A stretch of DNA of 64,000 nucleotides from an uncultured Pelagibacteraceae bacterium (GTDB lineage Bacteria; Pseudomonadota; Alphaproteobacteria; Pelagibacterales; Pelagibacteraceae): assembly GCA_902573585.1 (NCBI GenBank), contig CACGKH010000001.1, positions 8,228-72,227 of the forward strand. Reading direction: 5' to 3'. Shown piece after piece: positions 42,924 to 54,980 of this stretch. Below the pieces are notes generated by a model that worked only from the letters and a program-made list of their open reading frames with translations, made no database searches and was not told the origin of the DNA. The first letter of the stretch is position 1. Each line of letters begins with the position of its first letter. A program made the position numbers and the translations under genes.

Positions 42924-43862
42924 ATGACTAAATTAAAAGGCATATTATTAACTCAGGGAATGCATGGCATGATCAGTCAGGTTGAAGGATTGGCGAAAGC
43001 TTTAGATCTGGATTTTACTCACCATACAGTTGAACTAAATAATTTTTGGAAAATATTTCCTCCAAAAATAACACCTATATCTCAAAGAGTGTTTAAAAAG
43101 ATAAATGCAGAAGATTTCGATATAATAATTTCTTGTGGGAGAAAAAGTGTTATTCCTTCAATTTACTTAAAAAAAATTTCATCTAAAAAGATCATTAATA
43201 TTCATATTCAAGATCCAAAGGTAAATTTAGATAATTTTACTTATGTTATCGCTCCAGAACATGACCAGATTTCAGGTGAAAATGTTTTTTCAACAAAAGG
43301 AGCTATGCACTATCTTACAAAAGAAGAAATTAATAAACATACCAATTATCTGAAAGATCGATTGCAAAAAGGAAAAGAATATTTTCTATTGATTTTAGGA
43401 GGTCCTACAAAACATTATGATTATACAGATGAAAATATTTTGAACATTCTAAATTTATTTAATAATTTAGTTAAAAAAAATAATCTTCAGGGTATTGTTG
43501 TTCCATCTATGAGAACTCCTAAAAATATTATTGAATTAAGCAAAGTTAAAATAGGTGATAATAGTTTAGTAATAGAAACTGTTGATAAGAAAGCTTATTT
43601 ATCTGCTTTATCTTTGGCTAAATATATTTCTGTAACATGTGATTCTACATCAATGATTTCTGAAGCCGCTCTAACAGGAAAACCAATTTACATAGGAGAT
43701 ATACCAGCAAAAAAAAATGATCAAAGGATTCAAAAGTTCAAAGAACTTTTTTACCGATTAAACATTATTAAAAAATTAGAAACCAATCTAGAAACTTGGG
43801 ACTATGAAATTCTTAATGAAACTAGTAGGATAGCAAAAGAAATTAAAAAACAATTAATATAA
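42924..43862 (+). CDS. ELM1/GtrOC1-family putative glycosyltransferase-like protein
   Basis: GM-SQ--GLA, ISCGR, IHIQDP, PEHD and VTCDSTSMISEA--TGKP motifs. Confidence 0.8.
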   Translation: MTKLKGILLTQGMHGMISQVEGLAKALDLDFTHHTVELNNFWKIFPPKITPISQRVFKKINAEDFDIIISCGRKSVIPSIYLKKISSKKIINIHIQDPKVNLDNFTYVIAPEHDQISGENVFSTKGAMHYLTKEEINKHTNYLKDRLQKGKEYFLLILGGPTKHYDYTDENILNILNLFNNLVKKNNLQGIVVPSMRTPKNIIELSKVKIGDNSLVIETVDKKAYLSALSLAKYISVTCDSTSMISEAALTGKPIYIGDIPAKKNDQRIQKFKELFYRLNIIKKLETNLETWDYEILNETSRIAKEIKKQLI

Positions 43863-44524
43863 TGTCATTTTTAGACTCAATTAAAAACCAATCTAAAAAA
43901 CATGAGTTCCCCTTCGACCATTGGGAGTATGATAATGCTTTATCCAATGAGGCAATAGGTGAAATTATTAAAACAGATATTCCAGATGTGAGTAAACATA
44001 ATCTTAGTTATGATGGAACAAGAGCTATCGATGGTGGCGCCGCAGAGTTTAGAGAGGGGATAGCCTCTGGAGGTAAAGCAATTAAATTTAGATGTTTTGT
44101 AACAAAAAAAAATGAAAAACAATTTCCAAATTTAGTAAAATTTATTAACGAACTTCAATCTAAAGAAGTACATCAAACTATTTCAAAAATGATAAATAAA
44201 GATTTGTCTAATTCATATGTGAGAGTAGAAGTTATTTGTGATCGAGAGGGTTTTTGGTTAAAGCCTCATTGTGATATTAAAGAAAAACTAATGTCAGGCT
44301 TAATTTTTGTAAATAATGCTAATGAGTCTGAAGATTTAGGAACAGATTTTTATAATGAAAAACTAGAAAAAGTTAAAACTGTTCCATACAAAAATAACTA
44401 TGGTTACATGTTTACTAGTGGACCTAATACTTGGCATGGAATGGAAAAGAAGACAATCGTTAAAGAAAGAAGATGTATACAGGTAAATTATGTGACGTTT
44501 ACTACAGATTGGAAGGTCAAATAA
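43862..44524 (+). CDS. 2OG-Fe(II) oxygenase family protein
   Basis: H-X-D (PHCD), distal His (WHG) and Arg (RRCIQVNY). Confidence 0.78.
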   Translation: MSFLDSIKNQSKKHEFPFDHWEYDNALSNEAIGEIIKTDIPDVSKHNLSYDGTRAIDGGAAEFREGIASGGKAIKFRCFVTKKNEKQFPNLVKFINELQSKEVHQTISKMINKDLSNSYVRVEVICDREGFWLKPHCDIKEKLMSGLIFVNNANESEDLGTDFYNEKLEKVKTVPYKNNYGYMFTSGPNTWHGMEKKTIVKERRCIQVNYVTFTTDWKVK

Positions 44525-44960
44525 TTTTTATCTGATCGCTTAATGATATTTTTCCGTCATTTATTATCTGACATCTTATACCACCTTTTCTTAAAAATTC
44601 TTTGATAATGTCATTTCTAATTAATTTTTCTGAAAGGTGTCGACAAGGCCTACATAAATCTATCACTTCTAGTTCAACAGATCCAATCTTAATTCTTTTT
44701 TCAACAAGCTCATTTAATTTTATCCCTTTTGACACAATATTTCTTCTGAAGTTTAAGTAAGGAATATTTAATTTATTTTTTAAATTATATGCATCTATAT
44801 TTTCACTTTCAATAATTGTTAAATGATTAAATGGATCATTATAATCTTTGAAATGTCTATCCCCAACAATACCTTTGCCTGCAATTAAATTTATTTCCGT
44901 TACTTAAATTATTTCTTGATTATGGTTTTTAGTAACTCCAATTTTAATTATCTCGGACAT
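44517..44960 (-). pseudogene. MOSC-domain protein with an in-frame TAA at codon 19
   Basis: The frame from ATG 44960 reads [35 protein letters not shown]...FRRNIV...CRPC...GGIRCQI. GDR, RRN and C-PC are MOSC motifs. The span is 148 codons. Confidence 0.82.
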
Positions 44961-47900
44961 TTTTAATATCTTGAAGAGAAGTTACTTTTAATTTTTGAGT
45001 TTTAAGAGATTTGATTGCCTCCAGGCAAGCTTGAGCAGTTGACATATTGGTGCAATATGGAACTTTATTTTTAAGTGTTGCTCTTCTAAGTGCAATAGCA
45101 TCATTTAATCTATGTTCAGTATTTCCTCCACCTGTATTTATAACTAGGGCAATTTTTTTAGAATCAAGAACATCAACTATATGTGGAGATCCACTACTTA
45201 CTTTGTTAATAATTTTACACTTAATTCCATATTTTCTAATATATTCTGCAGTTCCTTTTGTTGCACATAATGAAAAATTTAACTTTATTAGTTCTTTTGC
45301 TAAATCAATTCCCTCATCTTTATGAGAGTCTTTCAAAGATATGAAGGCAAGACCTTGCTTTGGTAAAGAATTAGCTGAAGCTATTTGGCTTTTAGCAAAG
45401 GCCATTCCAAAGTTTTTATCAAATCCCATAACTTCACCAGTTGATTTCATTTCAGGACCAAGAAGTAAGTCGCTATTAGGAAATTTATTGAAAGGAAATA
45501 CAGCCTCTTTTACTGCGAACATTCCTTTAGATTTATCTTTTAAATTAAATTTAGAAAGTTTTTCACCAGCCATTATTCTTGATGCGATTTTAGCAAGAGG
45601 AAGACCCTTAGCTTTTGAGACAAATGGAACTGTTCTACTTGCTCTAGGATTTACTTCAATTACATAAATTTCATCTTTTTTGATTGCAAATTGAATATTC
45701 ATAAAACCTTTTACTTTTAATGCTAAAGCTAATTTTTTAGTTTGATTTTCAATTTCTTTAATTAAGTAAGGTTTGATTGATATAGGAGGTAAGCTACAAG
45801 CTGAGTCTCCAGAGTGAATACCAGCTTCTTCAATATGCTGCATTATACCTGCAACATGAACTTGTTTTCCATCAGATATTGCATCCACATCTACTTCCAT
45901 TGCATGATCGATAAACTTATCAATCAAAATTGGATTTTCTTCAGCTGCCTTAAAAGCTTCCTCAACAAAATTTTTAAGTTGATTTTTTTTGTGAACAATT
46001 TCCATTGCTCTTCCACCTAGAACATACGAAGGCCTAACCATTAAAGGTAAACCAATTTTTTCAGCTATTTGAATAGCTTGTTTAAAAGTTTTAGCAATTC
46101 CACTTTCAGCCTGTTTTAGGTTTAACTTATTAAGTAAATTTCTAAATCTATCTCTATCTTCTGCTAAATCAATCGAGGTGTATTGTGTTCCAAGAATTGG
46201 AAGTTTATTATCATGTAAAAATTTTGCGAGTTTAATAGGAGTTTGACCACCAAATTGAGCAATAATCCCAACTAAGTTTCCTTTTTCTTTTTCTTTCTTA
46301 ATGATATTAAAAACATACTCTTCTTTAAGAGGTTCAAAGTATAATCGATCGCTAGTATCATAATCTGTTGATACTGTTTCAGGGTTACAATTTACCATTA
46401 TTGTTTCAAAACCAGCATCTTTTAATGAAAAACTTGCCTGACAACAGCAATAATCAAACTCAATTCCTTGACCAATTCTATTTGGTCCTCCTCCAAGAAT
46501 AATTATTTTTTTTTTATTTGATGGATCAGCTTCACATTCTGAATTAATTGAAAAATTTCTTTGATATGTTGAATACATATAAGGTGTGAAAGATTTGAAT
46601 TCAGCTGCGCACGTGTCTACTTTTTTGTAAACTGGAAGTATTTTAAGTGCTGATCTTTTTCTTCTAATAATGTCCTCAGAAGTTCTGGTTAATTCTGAAA
46701 GTTTTTTATCTGAAAATCCTATAGATTTTATTTTATTAAATTCCGCAAAATCTTTAGGAAGTCCTTTGTTTTTGATCTTAGTTTCACAATCGACTATTCC
46801 TTTAATTTGCTCAAGAAACCATGGATCAATTTTAGATAAGGTATAAATTCTTTTTAAATTTATTTTTTTTCTAATTGCTTCAGCTACAAGTAAAAGTTTA
46901 TTTGGAATATTTTCTCTAAGTTTCTTTTCAATCTGTTTTTTATTTAAATCAAATATTCTATCTAATCCTGAAAAACCAGTTTCAAGAGATACTAGTGCTT
47001 TCTGGAAAGATTCTTTAAAGTTTCTTCCTATAGCCATTGCTTCACCTACTGATTTCATAGATGTTCCTAAAGTTGCTGGAGAAGTTAAAAATTTTTCAAA
47101 TGTAAATCTTGGAATTTTAGTTACAACGTAATCTATACTTGGCTCAAATGAAGCTGGAGTAACTTTAGTTATTTCATTTTTTAATTCATCCAAAGTATAA
47201 CCCACTGCTAACTTTGCAGCCACTTTTGCGATAGGAAATCCAGTAGCTTTAGATGCAAGAGCTGATGATCTTGATACACGTGGATTCATTTCAATGACAA
47301 CCATTCGACCGTTTTTAGGATTAATTGCAAATTGGACATTTGATCCACCAGTTTCGACACCAATTTTTCTTAAACATGCAATAGAAGCATTTCTCATAAT
47401 TTGATATTCTTTATCAGTAAGAGTTAGTGCTGGGGCAACGGTAACGGAGTCTCCCGTATGAATTCCCATCGGATCGACATTTTCAATTGAGCAGATGATA
47501 ATGCAGTTATCTTTTTTATCTCTTACAACTTCCATCTCAAATTCTTTCCAGCCCTCTAAACATTCTTCAACCAACACCTGATTAACTGGAGACTCGTGAA
47601 GTCCACTTTTAATTATTTTAAGGTAGTCTTTTTTATTTTTAGCTATACCACCACCAAGACCTCCAAGTGTAAATGCAGGTCTTATAATTGCAGGAAGACC
47701 AATTTTTTTTAAAACTTTAGATGCTTGATTGATATTGTTTACAATTTCAGATTTAGGTAAATCTAAGCCAATATCGATCATATTTTTTCTAAATTTTTTT
47801 CTATCTTCTGCATTAGCAATTGCTTTGGAGTTTGCCCCTATGAGTTCAATCTTATATTTTTTTAAAATTCCTTTTTTCTCAGCTTCCATTGCAAGATTAA

Positions 47901-48186
47901 GTGCAGTTTGACCACCCATAGTTGGTAGAATTGCATCTGGTTTCTCTTTTTTAAGAATTTTTTCTAACACTTCTAATGTTATTGGCTCTATATAAGTTTT
48001 ATCTGCAACATCTGGATCAGTCATAATAGTTGCAGGATTTGAGTTAATTAAAATTACTTTGTAGCCTTCATCTTTTAATGCCTTACAAGCTTGTGTGCCT
48101 GAATAATCAAACTCGCATGCTTGACCAATGATGATGGGTCCAGCACCTACAACTAATATTTTTTTAATATCTCTTCTTTTTGGCAT
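44944..48186 (-). CDS. carB: Carbamoyl-phosphate synthase large subunit
   Basis: MPKR...[10 protein letters not shown], duplicated ATP-grasp domains, MGS domain. Confidence 0.99.
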   Translation of the reverse strand: MPKRRDIKKILVVGAGPIIIGQACEFDYSGTQACKALKDEGYKVILINSNPATIMTDPDVADKTYIEPITLEVLEKILKKEKPDAILPTMGGQTALNLAMEAEKKGILKKYKIELIGANSKAIANAEDRKKFRKNMIDIGLDLPKSEIVNNINQASKVLKKIGLPAIIRPAFTLGGLGGGIAKNKKDYLKIIKSGLHESPVNQVLVEECLEGWKEFEMEVVRDKKDNCIIICSIENVDPMGIHTGDSVTVAPALTLTDKEYQIMRNASIACLRKIGVETGGSNVQFAINPKNGRMVVIEMNPRVSRSSALASKATGFPIAKVAAKLAVGYTLDELKNEITKVTPASFEPSIDYVVTKIPRFTFEKFLTSPATLGTSMKSVGEAMAIGRNFKESFQKALVSLETGFSGLDRIFDLNKKQIEKKLRENIPNKLLLVAEAIRKKINLKRIYTLSKIDPWFLEQIKGIVDCETKIKNKGLPKDFAEFNKIKSIGFSDKKLSELTRTSEDIIRRKRSALKILPVYKKVDTCAAEFKSFTPYMYSTYQRNFSINSECEADPSNKKKIIILGGGPNRIGQGIEFDYCCCQASFSLKDAGFETIMVNCNPETVSTDYDTSDRLYFEPLKEEYVFNIIKKEKEKGNLVGIIAQFGGQTPIKLAKFLHDNKLPILGTQYTSIDLAEDRDRFRNLLNKLNLKQAESGIAKTFKQAIQIAEKIGLPLMVRPSYVLGGRAMEIVHKKNQLKNFVEEAFKAAEENPILIDKFIDHAMEVDVDAISDGKQVHVAGIMQHIEEAGIHSGDSACSLPPISIKPYLIKEIENQTKKLALALKVKGFMNIQFAIKKDEIYVIEVNPRASRTVPFVSKAKGLPLAKIASRIMAGEKLSKFNLKDKSKGMFAVKEAVFPFNKFPNSDLLLGPEMKSTGEVMGFDKNFGMAFAKSQIASANSLPKQGLAFISLKDSHKDEGIDLAKELIKLNFSLCATKGTAEYIRKYGIKCKIINKVSSGSPHIVDVLDSKKIALVINTGGGNTEHRLNDAIALRRATLKNKVPYCTNMSTAQACLEAIKSLKTQKLKVTSLQDIKNVRDN

Positions 48187-49357
48187 TTTTTTTCATATTG
48201 TTAATAAATTCTTGGAACAAGTAGACACTATCCTGTGGTCCAGGGTTTGACTCTGGATGATATTGCACTGAAAATATTGGTTTGTTTTTAAGTTTTATTC
48301 CTTCAATAGTATTATCAAAAAGAGATTTGTGAGTTATTTCAATTTTTTTTGGTAAAGTTTCTTCAACCACTACAAAACCATGATTTTGACTGGTGATTTC
48401 AACTTTATCATGAACTAAATTTTTAACAGGATGGTTTGCACCTCTATGTCCCAACTTCATTTTTTTTGTTTTTCCACCCAAAGCTAATGCTAAAATTTGA
48501 TGACCTAAACAAATTCCAAATATAGGTAGATTTTTTTTAATTAAGTTATTAAGTATTTCTATTGCATATTTTCCTGTTGCGGCTGGATCACCAGGACCAT
48601 TGGATAAAAATATTCCATGTGGTTTAAGATCTAATATTTTTTCTGCAGAAGTTTTACAAGAAACAACTGTTACTTTGCATTTGAAGTCTGAAAAATATCT
48701 TAAAATATTTTTTTTTATTCCATAATCAATTGCAACCACATGAAAAGAATTTTTTGTATTTTTTTTATAGCCTGTTTCTTTCTTCCAAGTTTTAAGACCT
48801 TTCCAAATATATTTTTTTTGGGTTGTTACAGTTTCTGCAAGATCAAGATTTTTTAATCCACTCCATTTAGTTGTTAAATTTGTTAATTTGCTAACATTAA
48901 ACTTTCCGTTTTTTGAATAAGAAATTGTTCCCTTAGGCGCCCCTTTATCTCTAATAAAGTTTGTTAAACTTCTAGTATCCAATCCTGTAATACCAACAAT
49001 TTTATTTTTTTTGAGCCAAGCATCTAAATGCAAAAATGCTCTATAATTTGAAGGAGACGTTATTTCAGAATTAAAGATTACACCCCTTGTCCAAATTTTA
49101 TCAGACTCAATATCCTCTTTGTTAGTTCCGACGTTTCCAATATGTGGGAATGTAAAGTTTATAATTTGACCTGCATAGGAAGGATCAGAAATAATTTCTT
49201 GGTAACCAGTTAAAGAAGTATTAAAGCAAACCTCACCAGTTGCCTCTCCATGGTATCCAATTCCAATACCTCTAAAAACCTTCTTGTTTTCAAGAACTAA
49301 AATACCTGTATTAATTTGTGAATTTTTTGAGTTAGTTTTTTTTACTTTTTTTGTCAA
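48164..49357 (-). CDS. carA: Carbamoyl-phosphate synthase small subunit
   Basis: [21 protein letters not shown] and QYHPE motifs; TTG start. Confidence 0.98.
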   Translation of the reverse strand: MTKKVKKTNSKNSQINTGILVLENKKVFRGIGIGYHGEATGEVCFNTSLTGYQEIISDPSYAGQIINFTFPHIGNVGTNKEDIESDKIWTRGVIFNSEITSPSNYRAFLHLDAWLKKNKIVGITGLDTRSLTNFIRDKGAPKGTISYSKNGKFNVSKLTNLTTKWSGLKNLDLAETVTTQKKYIWKGLKTWKKETGYKKNTKNSFHVVAIDYGIKKNILRYFSDFKCKVTVVSCKTSAEKILDLKPHGIFLSNGPGDPAATGKYAIEILNNLIKKNLPIFGICLGHQILALALGGKTKKMKLGHRGANHPVKNLVHDKVEITSQNHGFVVVEETLPKKIEITHKSLFDNTIEGIKLKNKPIFSVQYHPESNPGPQDSVYLFQEFINNMKKNAKKKRY

Positions 49358-49483
49358 TTACAACTCATAAGTTAAAGGTTAATACAATAATTGATTTATT
49401 ATCGCAACAGAGATGTATTATAAAATTGTAAAAAAACAATTTTTCTTTTGAACATTTTTTTCTTTGAAGTAGATTAAAAAATT

Positions 49484-49945
49484 ATGCCATTAAAAGAAAC
49501 AATTGAAACTGAATATAAAAACGCTTTAAAAGCTAAAGATAAATCAAAAATATCAACTTATAGGTTAATTTTATCATCGATTAAGGATCTTGATATATCA
49601 AATAGATCCGGTCCAAATAAAAAAGAAACAGACGATGATGATATTAAAAAGCTTTTAAAAAAAATGGTTAAACAAAGATCCGAATCGATTGATATTTATA
49701 AAAAAAATAGCAGAACAGATCTTTTAGAGGTTGAACAAAACGAATATGATATTTTAATAGGATTTTTACCCCAACAACTTGGTGAAGAGGAAACAAAAAA
49801 AATATGTGCAGAGATCATTTCTAAACTTGGTGCATCATCAGTAAAAGACATGGGCAGAGTAATGGGAGAACTAAAAAAATTATACGCTGATGAAATTGAT
49901 TTTGCTAAAGCTGGTCCTTTAATTAAAGAGTTATTAAATAATTAA
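49484..49945 (+). CDS. GatB/YqeY domain protein
   Basis: K-R-ESI--Y, E--IL--FLP-QL and KDMGRVMG motifs. Confidence 0.92.
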   Translation: MPLKETIETEYKNALKAKDKSKISTYRLILSSIKDLDISNRSGPNKKETDDDDIKKLLKKMVKQRSESIDIYKKNSRTDLLEVEQNEYDILIGFLPQQLGEEETKKICAEIISKLGASSVKDMGRVMGELKKLYADEIDFAKAGPLIKELLNN

Positions 49946-51720
49946 TGAAATATCCTAAAGAATATCTTGATGAAATAAAAACAAGATTAAAAGTTTCATC
50001 AGTTGTATCAAAATCAGTTGCCTTAAAAAAGAGGGGTAAAGAATATGTTGGCTTATCTCCATTCAAAAATGAAAAAACTCCATCGTTTACTGTGAATGAT
50101 GAGAAAGAATTTTATCACTGTTTTGCGACCTCTGAACATGGAAATATTTTTGATTTTGTAATGAAAACACAAAACTTAAAATTTGGTGAAGCAGTCAAGC
50201 ATTTAGCTCAACTAGCAGGTATGCAACCTTACATGTTTTCCAAGCAAGATGAAGAAAGAGAAAAAAAATGGAAAGAGTATCTTTCTATTTATAGTCAATA
50301 TGTAGATTTTTATCATAATGAATTATTAAAAAATGATGCTTACTCTAAAGCAAGAAATTATTTAAAAAATAGATCCTTAGGTAAAGAGGAAGTTAAAAAA
50401 TTTAAAATTGGTTTTATTGAAAAAAATCCAAACTTTTTTGATAAATTAAAAAATGAATTCAGTGAACAAACATTAACTGAAAGTGGTTTGTTTTATTTGG
50501 ATGAGAAAAAAAATATTTATGTTGAAAGGTTCAGAGGTCGATTAATGTTTCCAATTAATAACATTTCTGGTCAACCAATTGCGTTAGGTGGAAGAATAAT
50601 TGAAGATTTAGATTATTTAGCAAAATATATTAATTCACCAGAAACTAATTTTTTTAAAAAGGGTTCAAATTTATACAATTTGGATCTTGCGAGAAAATTA
50701 TCTAATAAATTAAATCATATTTATTTAGTTGAAGGTTATATGGATGTTGTTGGACTTAGTAAAAATGGAATTGAAAATGTAGTTGCTAATCTTGGAACAT
50801 CATTAACAGACAAACAAATTTTAACTTTAAATCAGTTTTTTGATGATTTAATTATTTGTTTCGATGGTGATGAAAGCGGATATAAAGCAGCTTTAAGAGC
50901 AGCAGAAAATTCTATAAAAGAATTGAGACCAGAAAAACAGATATCTTTTTTATTTTTACCTGACAAAGAGGATCCTGATAGCTTCGTCAATAAACACGGT
51001 AAAAACTATTTTATAGATTTTACTAAACAAAGCAAAATATCTATTCATCAGTTTATTTTTAGTCATTATAAAAAACAAACCAAAAATAATCCTTCATCAA
51101 TGGCTATTTTTGATAAAAAACTTAGATCTATCGCTAACTCTATTAAAGATGACTTTATTAAAAAATATGTTCTTGAATATTTTTTAGAAAAGATTGCTGA
51201 GCTCACTCCTCACTCTAATCAAAATGATAAAAAATATTATGTCAAAAAAATAAAAACATTAGATTCTACTAAAAAATATTTTAACGAAAGCCAATCATTA
51301 ACTGCTGTAGAGCTTAAAGAATTCTCTTTATTATATTTGGTAATGAATAATTTGAACTTGATACAAAAAAATATTCATTTAATCGAAAGTATAAAACTAT
51401 TTACTGATGTGAATAAACAAATATTAGATGTAATTATTTCTAAATTAAAATCTGGAACAGCAATCAATACTGAAGATTTAGCTTTAGACAAACAGTTGCT
51501 AGATAAAATAAATAAGTTTGCTCCTATCAAACATATTTTAAAAAATAAGTCTGATAATGATCATCAAGTTATAGAGATATTAGAGGACATTTCTAGAGAT
51601 CTTGTTAATTATGATTTAGAGTTCAGAATTCAACAATTAGAATCAAAGTTTTCCAAGGATTTAAGTGAAGCTACATTTAATGAGCTAAAAGAGCTGAAAA
51701 AAAAGCAAAATATCAATTAA
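49945..51720 (+). CDS. dnaG: DNA primase
   Basis: PF--EKTPSF, RFRGRLMFPI, KYINSPET and TOPRIM motifs VEGYMDV and FDGD. Confidence 0.97.
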   Translation: MKYPKEYLDEIKTRLKVSSVVSKSVALKKRGKEYVGLSPFKNEKTPSFTVNDEKEFYHCFATSEHGNIFDFVMKTQNLKFGEAVKHLAQLAGMQPYMFSKQDEEREKKWKEYLSIYSQYVDFYHNELLKNDAYSKARNYLKNRSLGKEEVKKFKIGFIEKNPNFFDKLKNEFSEQTLTESGLFYLDEKKNIYVERFRGRLMFPINNISGQPIALGGRIIEDLDYLAKYINSPETNFFKKGSNLYNLDLARKLSNKLNHIYLVEGYMDVVGLSKNGIENVVANLGTSLTDKQILTLNQFFDDLIICFDGDESGYKAALRAAENSIKELRPEKQISFLFLPDKEDPDSFVNKHGKNYFIDFTKQSKISIHQFIFSHYKKQTKNNPSSMAIFDKKLRSIANSIKDDFIKKYVLEYFLEKIAELTPHSNQNDKKYYVKKIKTLDSTKKYFNESQSLTAVELKEFSLLYLVMNNLNLIQKNIHLIESIKLFTDVNKQILDVIISKLKSGTAINTEDLALDKQLLDKINKFAPIKHILKNKSDNDHQVIEILEDISRDLVNYDLEFRIQQLESKFSKDLSEATFNELKELKKKQNIN

Positions 51721-51787
51721 TACTCATAATTTAATAATGGATTTTTACAAATTAGATATTATATAAGACTCTTCAAATTTATAAGCT

Positions 51788-53614
51788 GTGGAAAGAATTA
51801 TTACAAAATCATTTGCTAGATTGATGGGTCGGGGAACTCATAGAGGATTCATCACTTATGATGAATTAAGTAAATCACTAGGAAAAAGAAATTTATCTGA
51901 CGAAAATTTGTCACAAGCTTTTATTCATATATTAGATGAAAAAGTAACTCTCGTTGAAAAAAAATCAGATTTTAAAGTTTTAAGAAAAAAAGAAAACTCA
52001 TCCAAAGAGGAGGGTAAAACTCTTGAGAAGAGTGATGATCCTATAAGAATGTATCTTAGAGAAATGGGTGGAGTAGAACTCCTGTCGCGTGAAGGAGAAA
52101 TAGCAATTGCAAAAAGAATTGAGGCTGGAAAAGATGTTATGCTAATTGCCTTATCTCAAAGTCCAATAACTGCTCAACAGTTTTTTGACTGGGATCAGCA
52201 GCTGCAAAAAGATGAAATTTTAGTAAGAGAAATAATTGATATCGATACAAACTATATGGAAGATGAGTCAACGGGCCCGAGTGCAAAACAAAAAAATGCA
52301 GGAGAAACATCAAAAGAAGATGGCTCAAATGAGGAAAGTGATGATGATTTTAATCCAACTCTTGCTGCAATGGAAACTGAAATTAAACCAAAAGTTTTAA
52401 AAACAGTAAATATTTTAACAAAAGAATACAATAAACTTATAAAATACCAAAAAGAAAAACTAAATTGTATTTTAAATTCCCAAACATTTTCACCAGCAAA
52501 AGAAAAAGGTTATGAAAAAATTGTGAGTGAAATATTAGAAAACATTAAATCTCTTCAACTTTCACCATCTGTTTTAGAAGAATTAGTGCAAAAACATTAT
52601 ACAGAAAATAAAAAAATTATCTCATTAGAAGGTAATCTTTTAAGATTAGCAATGGATCATAAAATACCAAGAAATGAGTTTATTAAATTTTATATTGGAA
52701 ATGAAATCAATCCAAATTTAAAAAAATTTTTAGACACAAATCCAGTCTGGAAAAAATTCTTTTCTTTGAATAAAGATGAATTCAAAAATATCAGAGAAAG
52801 ATTAATTGAAATAAGCCATAAGCTTGGAATGTCTGTTACAGATTTTAAAAAATTAGTAAGCAGAGTTCAAAAAGGTGAAAAAGAATCTAGAATTGCTAAA
52901 AAAGAAATGGTTGAAGCTAATTTAAGATTAGTGATTTCAATTGCAAAAAAATATACTAATAGAGGTTTGCAATTTCTAGACTTAATTCAAGAGGGGAACA
53001 TTGGTCTTATGAAGGCTGTAGATAAATTTGAATACAGAAGAGGATATAAATTTTCAACATATGCAACTTGGTGGATAAGACAAGCGATTACAAGATCTAT
53101 CGCTGATCAAGCGAGAACGATTAGAATTCCTGTCCACATGATTGAAACAATAAATAAGATAGTAAGAACACAAAGATTAATTTTAAGTGAGTTTGGTAGA
53201 GAAGCAACCCCAGAAGAATTGGCTAAAAAGTTAAGAATGCCATTAGATAAAGTTAGAAAAGTTTTAAAGATTTCAAAAGAACCTGTTTCACTTGAAAAAC
53301 CAGTTGGTGATGAAGAAGATAGTAGTTTAGGGGATTTTATTGAAGACACAAAAGCACTAGCTCCATTAGAACAAGCGATAAAGTCAAATTTAGGAGAAGC
53401 AACAACAAAAATTTTATCAACTTTGACACCTAGAGAAGAAAGAGTTTTAAGAATGCGTTTTGGGGTTGGGATGAATACAGATCATACTTTAGAAGAAGTT
53501 GGTCTACAATTTTCTGTTACAAGAGAACGAATTCGTCAAATTGAGGCTAAAGCTCTAAGAAAGTTAAAACATCCTAGCAGATCAAAACAATTAAAAAGTT
53601 TTCTAGAAAGTTAA
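51788..53614 (+). CDS. rpoD: RNA polymerase sigma-70 factor
   Basis: [38 protein letters not shown] and TRERIRQIE motifs; GTG start. Confidence 0.99.
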   Translation: MERIITKSFARLMGRGTHRGFITYDELSKSLGKRNLSDENLSQAFIHILDEKVTLVEKKSDFKVLRKKENSSKEEGKTLEKSDDPIRMYLREMGGVELLSREGEIAIAKRIEAGKDVMLIALSQSPITAQQFFDWDQQLQKDEILVREIIDIDTNYMEDESTGPSAKQKNAGETSKEDGSNEESDDDFNPTLAAMETEIKPKVLKTVNILTKEYNKLIKYQKEKLNCILNSQTFSPAKEKGYEKIVSEILENIKSLQLSPSVLEELVQKHYTENKKIISLEGNLLRLAMDHKIPRNEFIKFYIGNEINPNLKKFLDTNPVWKKFFSLNKDEFKNIRERLIEISHKLGMSVTDFKKLVSRVQKGEKESRIAKKEMVEANLRLVISIAKKYTNRGLQFLDLIQEGNIGLMKAVDKFEYRRGYKFSTYATWWIRQAITRSIADQARTIRIPVHMIETINKIVRTQRLILSEFGREATPEELAKKLRMPLDKVRKVLKISKEPVSLEKPVGDEEDSSLGDFIEDTKALAPLEQAIKSNLGEATTKILSTLTPREERVLRMRFGVGMNTDHTLEEVGLQFSVTRERIRQIEAKALRKLKHPSRSKQLKSFLES

Positions 53615-53648
53615 AATATACAACTAAAACTTTAAGATTGTAGCTTAT

Positions 53649-54866
53649 ATGCTGAGTAAAAATATCAATAATTATTTTTTAGCCTTATATTCTCTGATCC
53701 CGATTTCGATTTTAGTCGGCCCGATGATTTCATTAGCCAATATTGTGCTTATTGATTTATCTTTCATAATTCTAATACTATTTAAAAAAGATTTTTCTTT
53801 TTTTAAAAATAGAACTTTTCAATATTTATTTATTCTTTATCTTTATCTAATATTTAATACAATTATTTCACTTGATCCAAATTCAGGAATTAACAGAAAT
53901 TTTGGATTTATAAGAATAATAATATTTTTTTTATCTATAAATTATTTTTATCAACAAAAAAATTTCTTTAATAAAGTCTTTTATTTTTGGTTAATGGTAA
54001 TTTCAGTAGTTGTCCTTGATGTATTCTTCGAGTCAGTTTTTGGAAGGAATATCCTTGGTTATGGAGCAGATTTTGTCGATGGTAGAGTTTATAGTTTCTT
54101 TAAAAACGAGGCTATAGTTGGCTCATACGTGTATGCTTTTTTTTTAATTTTACTGGGTTTCTTTCTAAATAAACATGGGTCTAATAAGAAATATATAATT
54201 TTTATATTTGCAATAGTTTTTTTGTTTTCAATTTTTGTTACAGGTGAAAGAGCTAGCAGTGTCAAAAGTTTAATATCTATAACTATATTTTTTTTAATTT
54301 TTAAAGAATTTAAACTCAAGAACAAAATTTTATTAATTGCTACCACGCTTACAGGAATACTTCTTCTAATAATGAGTTCAGATTATTTAAAACTGAGATT
54401 TGTTGACCAAATAAAATACAACGTTAGCTTTAAACATAATAATTATTTTTATCTATATAAATCTGGAATTGAAGTTTTTAAAAATTATCCAGTATTTGGA
54501 GTTGGTAATAAGAATTACCGTATAGCAACGTGTGGGAAAAATACAGAGGATCTCAAAGAAAATGAAAAGAATTATTTTTGTTCAACTCATCCTCATCAGA
54601 TTTATTTCGAATTTCTAGCTGAGCATGGTTTATTAGGTACTTTAGTAATTTTTTATTTACTTTATTCAATAATTTTTTCTAAATGGAAAATATTTTTTTC
54701 TGACAACAATTATATACAGTATGGAACTTTTATTTATTTGATTTTAGTTTTTTTACCAATAATTCCAACGGGTGCATTTTTTGGTGATTTTTTGCTTACC
54801 CTTTTTGCAATTAATTTATCATTATTATATGCATCGAATCCAAAAACTAATATATTTAAAAAATAA
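53649..54866 (+). CDS. O-antigen ligase (WaaL/Wzy_C) family membrane protein
   Basis: Multi-TM protein with TGERA, P-FGVG and HPH---EFLAE-G--G motifs. Confidence 0.85.
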   Translation: MLSKNINNYFLALYSLIPISILVGPMISLANIVLIDLSFIILILFKKDFSFFKNRTFQYLFILYLYLIFNTIISLDPNSGINRNFGFIRIIIFFLSINYFYQQKNFFNKVFYFWLMVISVVVLDVFFESVFGRNILGYGADFVDGRVYSFFKNEAIVGSYVYAFFLILLGFFLNKHGSNKKYIIFIFAIVFLFSIFVTGERASSVKSLISITIFFLIFKEFKLKNKILLIATTLTGILLLIMSSDYLKLRFVDQIKYNVSFKHNNYFYLYKSGIEVFKNYPVFGVGNKNYRIATCGKNTEDLKENEKNYFCSTHPHQIYFEFLAEHGLLGTLVIFYLLYSIIFSKWKIFFSDNNYIQYGTFIYLILVFLPIIPTGAFFGDFLLTLFAINLSLLYASNPKTNIFKK

Positions 54867-54889
54867 AATTTTTATTAATAGTTTTAAAA

Positions 54890-54964
54890 GGGCCGTTAGC
54901 TCAATAGTAGAGTACTGCATTGACATTGCAGGGGTAGTTGGAGCGTAACCAACACGGCCCACCA
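54890..54964 (+). tRNA. tRNA-Val(GAC) with non-canonical D- and T-loops
   Basis: Acceptor stem GGGCCGT/ACGGCCC, D stem GCTC/GAGT, anticodon arm CTGCA-TTGACAT-TGCAG, T stem GTTGG/CCAAC, discriminator A plus CCA. Confidence 0.88.
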
Positions 54965-54980
54965 TATTTGAAAAAAAATA

